Of a stretch of 64,000 nt of DNA, positions 53,436 to 64,000 are shown one piece after another. The stretch comes from Octopus sinensis (taxonomy: Eukaryota), in assembly GCF_006345805.1 (NCBI RefSeq), contig NC_043013.1:53196001-53260000 (forward strand), in the 5' to 3' direction. Made by a program: the position numbers and the translations under genes. Within the stretch, counting starts at the first letter, position 1. Every line of letters begins with the position of its first letter. The notes under the pieces were generated by a model. That model worked only from the letters and a program-made list of their open reading frames with translations. It made no database searches and had not been told where the DNA came from.

Positions 53436-53654
53436 GTATATATGTATGTTCTTTGTTTATCTCCTCAACTTCTTGGAGATTTTAGGTATAATTATACTAA
53501 TGTTTTAATTTAATTAAATTCTGTCTTTGTGCAGCTGAGGATTGCTCTGCATTTAACTTGTATGATTGTATTGTTAAATTAAATGGAGTCGCATGAAACG
53601 ATCGTATTGCATAAACCTTTGGATATCATTGTTGCTTATTTTATTATCTGTCTC

Positions 53655-54460
<806 letters not shown>

Positions 54461-54885
54461 TCCATAGTAACGGAGATCCCTGTTTAGGCTATTTATAACG
54501 AATAACTTCGTAATTATCTGATTCAGCAAGGAAAATCTTGGTGTTCGGAGATAGACAAGTGATTTATCTTGTGTTCGTGTCCCTCGAAAGTCTCTTGGCT
54601 CAATTACATTTCCAAAATGCAGACCAACACACACGCAAGCACATACCCACAAACACATACACACGCACACACGTACGCGCACGCGTGTACACATATAAAC
54701 TGAGGAGGAGAGATAGAGGACGGGGTGGTGTGAGCTAGTAATCTCATTTATTAGACAAAAGTTCTGATTAATGGACAATATTGAATGGAATCATTATTGT
54801 CGTTTAATTATATAAATGACATCATTCATAGTTCGAATTTTCACAAAGACTTACCGTCTAATATCGAATATATATATAGCGAGAT

Positions 54886-54924
<39 letters not shown>

Positions 54925-54929
54925 TTGTA

Positions 54930-55818
54930 CAGGGTGTCTCAAAAGGCTCTGATGTGTTTCAATTTTTAAAAACTTCCTTACATTTACAAATAAATGCATG
55001 AAATTTTGCTACAATATAAAGGACATAGTTGAAATAAATATGTATAAGTCACATTTTGCAACTCCACAACATCACATGCGAAAAAGGATATTGCTTACAT
55101 GGAAGCCATTTCCGGCTTCGCACGCCTGTGCTCTTTCCAAAACTTGCACCGTAACACCCTCAAGAGTTTCAGACCCCAATTCTGTAATTTCTGTATTGAT
55201 GTTCTCCGTCATCTGCACCAGGGTCTCCGGATTGTTGAAGTAAACCCTCTCTTTCAGGTATCCCCACAAGAAAAAAATCCGTGCAAGTCAAATCTCGGAA
55301 ACGTGTATCCAAGTTGACATTGCCGTAGCGGGAGATTATTCTCTCTCCAAAGCATGGCCGTAGCAACTGCATTCTTTCTCTTGGGTATAAGCAGTTGCCC
55401 CATTTTGTTTGAACCATGTGTTAGGTCTACTTTGAATGGCCTTTAGGTTCACCAGACTTGACAAGACCAGATTTTTCTTGTGGGAATGCCTGAAAGGGAG
55501 GGTTTACGCCAACAAAACAGGGACCCTGGGGCATCTGAAAGGGAACATAAATAGAGAAATCAGAGGAGTGGGGTCTAAAACTCGTATTGGTGTTGTGGTG
55601 AATGTTTTGGAAAGAGCACGGGCGTGCGAAGCAGAAAATGGTTGCCATTTAAACGGCGCTATTTTTCGTATGTGATGTAGAAGTGTTGCAAAATGTGACT
55701 TGTACATATTTAATTTCCTTTATGTCCTTTATATTGTGTCAAAAGTTTATGTATCTATTTGGGAAGTTAAGGAAGTTATTAAAAATTGAAACCCATCGGT
55801 GACTTTTGGGACACCCTG
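54930..55818. mobile_element. Fold-back Tc1/mariner derivative made of two transposase 3' ends
   Basis: TA|CAGGGTGTC...GACACCCTG|T TIRs; left arm (minus) DLT..DFF..WGYLKERVY.N.P.TL...C....G.H, right arm (plus) FFLWECLKGRVYANK..TL..LK.NI..EI...C....G.HL. Confidence 0.88.
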
Positions 55819-56059
55819 TTATACATACATATACATGCGTATGTTATTATAAATGCATATATGTGTTCATATATATATGCAAATATTCATAAATAACAAT
55901 TCAGAGGAACCATAAAATTTGGATCATCACCCTTTAGATCCCTTAACTGATATAGCCAGACTTTGGGTCCCCTATCTAAACGGTATTATAGACATGATGG
56001 GATGTTATCCACTCAGGGAGTCTCCCATCTTTGAGCATGCGATCTGCCTTTTCCAGTTC

Positions 56060-56430
56060 CTTTGGAGAATACAATGGTGTGTATAGGAGGACGGTTAGGA
56101 AGAAGATAAGGCAATCTTGAGAGAGATGGATAGCAGATCAGTGCAAAGTCATCGAAGCTGGGATAAAGACTGTCAAAAGCAAAGTGGCTTATGAATGATA
56201 TTCTCAAAATCCTAAAGAAAGAAACACAGACACATATACACCACCACCACCACCACCACCACCCACCACCACCACCCCACCACCACCACCACCATCACCA
56301 CCACCACCAATACTGTCATTGAGGACAAAACAAGCCTGCTCTTCACAGATGTGACTGATGTCATCAAAAGAGGGTCTGAGTATTGCAAAGACCATTGTAA
56401 TCACAAACTCGGTCATGACATCATCATCCT
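56060..56430 (+). mobile_element. RTE-clade LINE internal fragment (between APE and RT), split by (CAC)n
   Basis: EY...VRKKIR...RWIADQCKVIE.G...K.AY and VIEDK..LL.T....V....EYCK. Confidence 0.65.
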
Positions 56431-56559
56431 AGACAATTCCAACAACAACTATAACAATAAAATCTGGACACACAGACAAATGTGTATATTTTAAATCATT
56501 TTATTCAATTCCATTAATGAATAACATTCTTCAGCCTCCTTTCCACCTCTGGCGTTGCA

Positions 56560-56740
56560 AAATTTGAAACTGCTCGTATCTTTGAATTCCTTGATCGCCT
56601 TCTTTACCGTGGGAAACGTAAAGAGCGTTCTTCTGGGAGGGTGCCCGTTGAAAGCATCTGCTGTCAGTGGAGAGGACCATCTCATGTGTCCACTGAGAAG
56701 TACCAATTCAATTCTTTCTTCTTTAGACAAAATTTTATTT
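56560..56740 (-). pseudogene. Tc1/mariner transposase N-terminal HTH fragment
   Basis: LSKEERIELVLLSG...A.AFN.HPPR...TV.K.IK.FK.T.S pattern typical of the transposase class seen at 54.9-55.8 kb. Confidence 0.65.
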
Positions 56741-56863
56741 TTATTTTGTTGAAGGAAAAAACAAACGATTAGTTATAATTCCCATTTACAGAGTTAATGG
56801 TAACCTAGTAAGCACACACGCACACACACCAACACACACACATATAAATGAACGCACACGGAC

Positions 56864-56907
<44 letters not shown>

Positions 56908-57446
56908 CATGTTTGTGAGTCTGTATGTAGGCTGACCATGACCTAGACCATTAGGAAATGCAACCAGACGAAAACCCACAAAACTACCTCAAGTATCCAT
57001 TCATCCTCATCTGAATTTCCTCTCAAACTCGATTCCAAATTATATGTTGCTGCTCAAACAATCAAAGCAATTGAAATTAATTGTCAAAAATCCATTATTA
57101 ATTAAGATATCTAATAAACTTTGTATTAATATTATATAACGAATACATCTTTGATTATCATCGATTTTTTAAAAATATCTTTAATATTGAAAACATTGGT
57201 AATTATCTAAAAAAAAGAAAGAATAATTCACTCATTTTGAAAGTGTTTATTGAAGAATAATCTTGCAAAGAAAAACCTACATCTTATCTAAAAGGCAAGT
57301 ATACGCTACGTCTTATGGATACGGTTGTCTGTGCTCTTCCAAACTTTATACGTTTATACGAATGTAACTGCCAGCTGATTTATAAATTGGTAGATGCAAC
57401 AGAGGAAGGTTAATTTGCTTTTTCCCCTTCTGTTACCATATCAACT

Positions 57447-57483
<37 letters not shown>

Positions 57484-57493
57484 ATGTATATAT

Positions 57494-57549
<56 letters not shown>

Positions 57550-57879
57550 TATTGTTCCATGATGGTAAGATCAACAAAAAATGACTCCACCTGTTGAGAG
57601 ATAAATATTATTTAATAAACACAATACATGTATTTATGTGTTACTATTCATTTCATGTACTGAGAGCATGACAAGCATTTTTAACACGTCTGGTGTCCTA
57701 GCACAATCATAAGACAGATGGCATAACACTGTTTGGCATGCTCTCATCACATGAAACTAATAGTAGCACATAAGTACATATATTGTGCGCGCAATCGAAA
57801 CAACATTAGAGTTAAGTAGCCCTTTCTGTTATTTCATATTTAATGTATACACACCGTTGAAAGCATAAACTGAGTGTGA

Positions 57880-58318
57880 GGGCTTATTTGGCCAATAGGT
57901 GTGGACTCTGAACAAATTTGAAGAGAATATAACTGAAGTGTTTGAAATGTGGGTGTATTGGAGAATGTTACGAGTCTCTTACTAGGATCATCAGTCAAAG
58001 GAATGGATGAAACAACAAGAAGGTGAAAGACGACAATTCATGAACATTGTGAAGAAAACGAAACCCAGGTATCATGGGCATATTGGAAGCAGAGGTCTGG
58101 AAAATACTATTATGCTAGTAAGAGTAGAAGGAAGTATATTGAGAGGTAGGCAAAGAACGCAGTGGTTGGAAACTATCAGGCGCTGTTTGGATAAGAATGG
58201 CAACGCAGGTGGAGGACTCGCGCTTGATTGGGAAGGCTTTTCCCTATAGTGTCACCAGCGTAGTGCAAGTATATGATACACGACATCGACGACGACGGAT
58301 ACGATGATGACGATGATT
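57880..58318 (+). mobile_element. RTE/BovB-like LINE 3' end
   Basis: WTL......FEMWVYWRMLRVS..., Y.GHI..R.LE..IM..RVEG...RGRQR.QWL..I; (GAC/GAT)n tail. Confidence 0.85.
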
Positions 58319-58414
58319 AGGACACCATTAGAACGCATGCCGCTCTGTTTGTGTCTGAGAGAAAATCATTTCATAAATATAATATCTTAAAAACTCAGTA
58401 TATAATTAAAGCTA

Positions 58415-58670
58415 TGAGGCTGAGTAAAAAGTAAGCAATGTATTCAAACGTGAAAAATCATCACAACAATTGCAACAATGTGGAAATGTTATTCACCAAA
58501 GTAAGTACCATTACAATCAACACCATTTTTGCCAACGAGTTACCAGTTTGTTTATTCTGGTAGCATAAAAATCTGGAGTTCGGGATGAACTCTTTCAATA
58601 TTGGTTTGATTTTTTAACTCCTTCTCTCGCAGGAAACCATCAAGGTTCTTGAAAAAGTGGTTGTCGGTAG
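58415..58670 (-). mobile_element. Mariner (DD34D, Hsmar1-like) transposase 3' end and TIR
   Basis: Minus strand PTDNHFFKNLDGFLREK...RTPDFYATRINKLVTRWQK; ends at TA|tgaggctgagtaaaaagtaa. Confidence 0.8.
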
Positions 58671-59667
58671 TGTCGAGAGGAACACGGTACTAAAATCTCT
58701 GGAAATGCAAGTTACTGAAGCGCAATACATCAAATCACTCGAGGATGCGAACTTTGGATGCACAACGGATATAGCGATGCTATACTCACCGGTAAGAATT
58801 GTAACTGGAAAGATTGTGAAACAAAGAGATACTGTCTGTTCAATGATTTAGCCAGCATGTTAACAATAAGTGATCGGGTACGACTGGACAGGTAGCGTAA
58901 GCGTGGGCATCCTGGATTCGCTGCTAACACACTTCCGGTTCGCATTGTACTCAGCTGCAGACCGTGCTGCAGACCATGCTGCTCAGCTGGACATGCATAG
59001 CTCTGCAGGGGGTTTTAAAATGAAAGGCATGAAAACAAAATGCATGCAGTCCGCAGACGTAGCACAAGACCGATTAGAAATGGGAAGCAATGAAATCCAG
59101 GAGATAAAGGAGTACGTGTACTTTAGGGCAAACAAAGAATATGCGTCGAGAATAAGGGTCGGATGAAAGAAGGAGTTTGTCTCAAATAAAAGATGAGCCT
59201 AAATGAAGCTGGACCAGTTTATAAGTGTCATACATTCCAATAGCACCGTCCTAACTGAGATCTTATACGCAAGTGAGACGCGGGTTACTATGAAGGGGAA
59301 GAACATCGATTGGTAACGATGCCAAGGGACAGGGAAAGGGGCATTCTAGGAATATGATTACGGCAGCCTATTTGAAGTGCGATAATTAGAGAGCGAAGTG
59401 AACAATGTGATTGCAGAATACCAAAGCAGAATTTCGTTGAGCCGTGATAAGTCGAAAGGTTCACAGACAACAGTTTGACCAGTGCAGTCAGTTGTCGAGT
59501 GATATTCAAGAGATCGGAAAAGACCACTTAGAAGAGGGCCTCCCATAACTATAGGAAAACTATTCACTTAAACAAGATGGAAAACAATGGCACAATCAAG
59601 AAAGAAGCGCAACGCGACCAGTGATGTATAACAACGTCTGATAGTCAAGTTGATACAGTGATACAGT
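58670..59667 (+). mobile_element. RTE-clade LINE, decayed RT and 3' end
   Basis: SVE.N.VL..L..Q....YI..L...V.Q.DT, LTHFRFA, KTKCM, EIKEYVYF; 3' end shared with SINE family C. Confidence 0.85.
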
Positions 59668-60515
59668 AGAACACACACACACACACACACACACGCACGC
59701 ACACATAGTAGGTATATATTATAGATACCACGTCTTAATAAGGTCTGCCTCACACTAAAGGTCAAGATGAAATATAATGAGAGTTAAAAAATAAAAATAT
59801 TTTCGCATTATTTATTATTTAATATCTTGATTGTTTTTTTTTATTTTATATATTTATTATTTGACTCCAATCTTGAAATTTGGTATCGATCTGATATTTG
59901 AAAAATGAAAGTATAGAAAAATTCGTAGAACGGAAATAAAAATGGTTCATTGCAGTCTCGAGTTCTGCAATTTGGCACGAAATGTATTCGCTTGGATACT
60001 TTTTCAAGAATAATTTTAATATATTTTCTTTCATTAGTATCAATTCACTGAATATAGGTGCGTATTTGCTCTAAGGTCTTTGAGAAGATTATCGTTTTGC
60101 TTCTGAAATTCCTGCGCACATACGGAGAGAAATTTGAAATGTGAATTAGCAAAGTAAAACAAAACACTAACAAAAGGAAACAGTCAAGTAAGCTTTGGAC
60201 ATCAAATACCGTGAATATTTCGTAGGTGATAACTGTGAAGACATTAGCTTAATCACATGCGCACACATACATGGGCACGTATATGTACAAAATATCCATA
60301 AATCTTATGTACACCTGATATGAAAGTATATATATATATATATAAACACACAAATATACATATATATATTTATATATATATATATGTATGTAAGCATATA
60401 TGTTTATATGTCTATAACTGCATTTATGCTATATAGACACGTATATATGCATATATATATATATACATACATACTATAATATATATATATAATATATATT
60501 ATATATAATATATAT

Positions 60516-60577
<62 letters not shown>

Positions 60578-60707
60578 TGTGAAATAGAAAGATGAATAAT
60601 CTTGTAGTAGATTAATCAACAGTTTAACCGATTCCTGTTCAATCTGCGTTCAGCTCCATTTCTTCAATTCACCAATAATGTTATATATATATATATAATA
60701 TATATAT

Positions 60708-60738
<31 letters not shown>

Positions 60739-60764
60739 TATAATTATAATTATATATATAATTA

Positions 60765-61190
60765 TAACAAGGGCTTGGCTTGCGCCTCACCATACACTGA
60801 AAAATAGACGTCAAAATATACTATTACCACCATAAATTCTACGAGAAAAATACATTGCATATAGGCCAGTAAACAAAGAAAATGAATTATAAACTTTGTT
60901 TAACCGTGTACATGATCATGTTTCGGGCTTAAAGTAATAAAAAAACTTTACCGTTTTGCCTTCGTCCACGACGGTATACCAGGCATATAAATACGAATGG
61001 CAACGTGTCTACAAGCCAGCTCCGCCATCGCTTATCTTATACCCGTTGAGACTCGCAGATATATGCTGCGAAGTAGAATTCATATCTTTCCCTCATAGCC
61101 ACTTGCAGTGTGTTAAAAATCATATCTGCAGTTAATACAAGTTCTTCTTATAATTATGTATATAATTATAAAATATTTGTATTAACTTAT
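60765..61190 (-). mobile_element. Diverged relative of the hammerhead element (degenerate HHR at 60903-60975)
   Basis: Minus strand cgtg-gacgaaggc...gccc-GAAAC-AUGAUCAU-GUA-cacg; downstream tttgacgtctattt...tatggtgaggc aligns with tttgactgctattt...gtaaggc of the 20-22 kb element; TA-rich flanks. Confidence 0.55.
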
Positions 61191-61249
61191 CAATGAGGTT
61201 TTATTTCCGCGCATGTCACTTGGTAAAAATCATTTATGATTTTTACACT

Positions 61250-61398
<149 letters not shown>

Positions 61399-61489
61399 AA
61401 TGTGTACATATATATATATGAAAATACATGTGTAAGTATGTGTGGGCGTTTTTGTATATGCACATATTTAAACAATTTTACATACATAC

Positions 61490-62272
61490 ATATAATGAAA
61501 TCCGTCGGAAGGATAAATCGGAGGACAAAGAAATAAGAACCGTCATTATGGTAGAAGTCATCGCCTATCGTAATAAAAATGAATACTGGTGGAATGTCCC
61601 AGTGAAGATCTCAGTAAGATGTCAGCACAACAGACCTGATATGATGATTTTGAGTAGAGAAGAGAAACTGTGCAGAGTTGTGGAAATCAGCTTCCCAGCA
61701 GATGTTAACATCGAGCTGAAGATCAGTAAAAAAGAGAACACCTTCGCTGAGCTATTGAGAAGTCTGCAGTTACTCTATCCAGATTATACCTCTAATCATT
61801 GGGGCCCTGGGATATGTAACACAATACCTATTACCAATCTTGAGAAATTAGGCTTCTCAAAACCATAAAGGAGAAAGCTAATTCGAAGACTACAGATCTA
61901 ATCCATCACTGAAACTGTAAAATACTGTAAAACTTTCCAGAAGTTTATCATTTAAATATATAGGAGAATGTCTACGCATGTAACTATATACATGAGAATA
62001 CATACATAAAGCATACAAACCTAGGCGTACATTGATAATACATAGATACATACATACATGCATGCATAGAGATACATACGTTTATATATACATACATACA
62101 TACATACATACATACATACATACACACATACATACATACATAAATGCATACATACATACGTACAAAAAATACTCTGTTGTTGATGTTAAAATTCCAATGA
62201 AGGAACCTTGGATTTAGGTTAGAAATCGGTGCTTTCTCATTTGGCAAGAAATCTTGAAATAAACTGAATAAC
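61490..62272 (+). mobile_element. R4-like RLE LINE 3' end (second subfamily)
   Basis: EYWWNVPV......HNRPDMMI...EEKLC.VVEIS.PAD.NI..K...K...AEL...LQ.LYPDY (PD-D/E-K endonuclease); 3'UTR with (CATA)n ending ...aaactgaataa. Confidence 0.82.
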
Positions 62273-62321
62273 GTACATACAAGCACATGGATCATAAATG
62301 TATTTATAAATATATATCATA

Positions 62322-62712
62322 TCTTTATATATAAAATCGAGGTTGTGTGCTGTCTGTCTCCTACGATTTAGATTCCTAAATCCACATTTTGCGGTGCAGT
62401 TTAACCCAAACCGAGTATCTTATAGTCGAGATTCATATCGAGCCCTTCTGGGTATTAGCGCGCGTCTACAATGTGTCTACGATTTAAAAAAAAATTACCA
62501 TCAATTTTTCCCATTTTTAATGCATTTTTGGCATATATATAAGGGAAGTAACTCTCTAAAAATGTATTAAATCTCAGAACGTAAAAAGCTACAGTAACAA
62601 CCCCGCCTTTGTGGTTAGCCATATGGAGATGGCTATTATACTTTACATTTCTAAAAATGCTTATATAGTTATTTCTCTTACAAACCCGAGCAACGCCGGG
62701 TGATACTGCTAG
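62322..62712 (+). mobile_element. Non-autonomous Helitron (same family as 1481-1785)
   Basis: A|TCTTTATATATAAAA start; cccgagcaacgccggg hairpin followed by CTAG|T. Confidence 0.88.
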
Positions 62713-62839
62713 TATGATATATATGTGTATATGCATATTATACAAATATGTTATACATTTACAATTTTTAATATATCGCATATACACATACACAGACACA
62801 CGTCCGTGGGTTTATACACACATATATAGATATATAATT

Positions 62840-63330
62840 ATCATCCTGATCATCGTCATTGTTGCTTCGGTCAGAGATTCCTTACGAAGTCCCCCCTCCA
62901 CAATTCACGATTCTCCGTTGCTCGGAGCAAGTGCTCCTTATTGAAGATTCTACGTCTGAGAGTTGATCGATGAATGTTCGAGCCGTTCTTTTTGTTCTGT
63001 GTGTCCCGTGTGCCTCAGCAATAATAGCTTGTGTCTGATTTCCTCCTAACTTCTGCAGCAATATCGAATTCTCCGCCAGGAAAATTAGTCTACAGAGAAA
63101 TATTGCCAAGACAGATTACATGTCACTAAAGGTAGAAGATGGACATCTTGTGAAACTGTAGGCGGACTACTAAATCGCATTCATGATATTCTATATTTGT
63201 GCAGCTGGATACGTGCATCAAAAAAGAATATTAACATTGAAATCTCCAATGTCTGGGCTGCTATGAACAAAATAGAAATGATACTGAAGCTTGATCCATC
63301 CATCAAAATCAAAATATCATTCTTTAGAAT
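62840..63330 (-). mobile_element. Decayed RTE-like LINE 3' end
   Basis: HG.HRT.R.ARTFIDQL..V motif near the C-terminus; (GAT)-like tail on the minus strand. Confidence 0.55.
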
Positions 63331-64000
63331 TTCTGTTGAGCCAGTGTAGTGGTACAGAACAGGTACATGGACCTGACACAAGCACTATGTGTGTATGTGT
63401 GTGTGTGTGTATGTGTGTATGTGTGTGTTTGTATGTGTGTGTGTGTGTTTGTGTGTATGTGTGTGTGTTTGTGTGCGTGTGTGTGCGCGCACTTGAAGAA
63501 ACTGGATTCGACGAGAAGGAGTGCGGTTGGACAGTTATTTTTTCATCACTACAATTGTTTCCACACAACGGGGTTCTCCAAACATACAGGTATTTGATTA
63601 TGCAACCATTTGTTTGCAAAATGAGACCCAGCTGAATTTCCGTAGGTGACAGTCAAGTGTTGTCTCCGTTAGTTTAAAATCTTCGACTTCAACACCATCT
63701 CTTCCGTCCGTCTTGGACTGAATTTAGTAACCGCTGGTAGATCCATGTTGTTTGCGTCTGGTGGACTCTTATGAGTGGTATTAGATGGCTGTTTTGGTAT
63801 CGGTTGATCACTGACCGGTTCTTCAAGGTTGGCAGCACATCCGAATTTTACTAGCTGGCCTTCAGTATTCAATGATTGGATGCATACACACATACACACA
63901 CAGAGACTCACATATACCCTCCCACACACAAACAAACATCTGTATGTAAATATTCACACATCGACATGCTCACATATACATGCACATACATTGACGTACA

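Noticed and set aside
63490-63880. Unique-looking ORF segment on the minus strand
   Set aside because: Starts in a (TG)n tract and has no recognisable motif; left unassigned

Overview
AT-rich, repeat-saturated animal genomic DNA. The tRNA-head SINE families, R4/Dong, RTE and CR1 LINE debris and very dense (TA)n/(CA)n/(TAA)n microsatellites point to an octopus or other coleoid cephalopod (inference from recognised repeat types, not a database search). I see no intact host protein-coding gene. Almost all listed ORFs are microsatellite translations, and the only recognisable protein sequences are decayed transposon fragments (R4/Dong RLE-LINEs, RTE, CR1, Tc1/mariner). Other components are non-autonomous Helitrons, four SINE families, a TAA-targeted ~560-bp non-autonomous element and a 4.5-kb hierarchical 15-bp satellite. 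The most interesting signal is a set of short non-coding tandem or inverted elements, mostly inserted in (TA)n, that carry type I hammerhead ribozyme motifs. The best is a young 609-bp-unit element at 20.3-21.9 kb with two complete hammerheads with an unusually long stem II; decayed or truncated relatives lie at 47.8 and 60.9 kb. These resemble Penelope-like pLTRs or retrozymes. A second family of fold-back elements shares a TAGCCCCAGGAA motif. Boundaries were read by eye and are approximate to about 10-20 bp unless stated.
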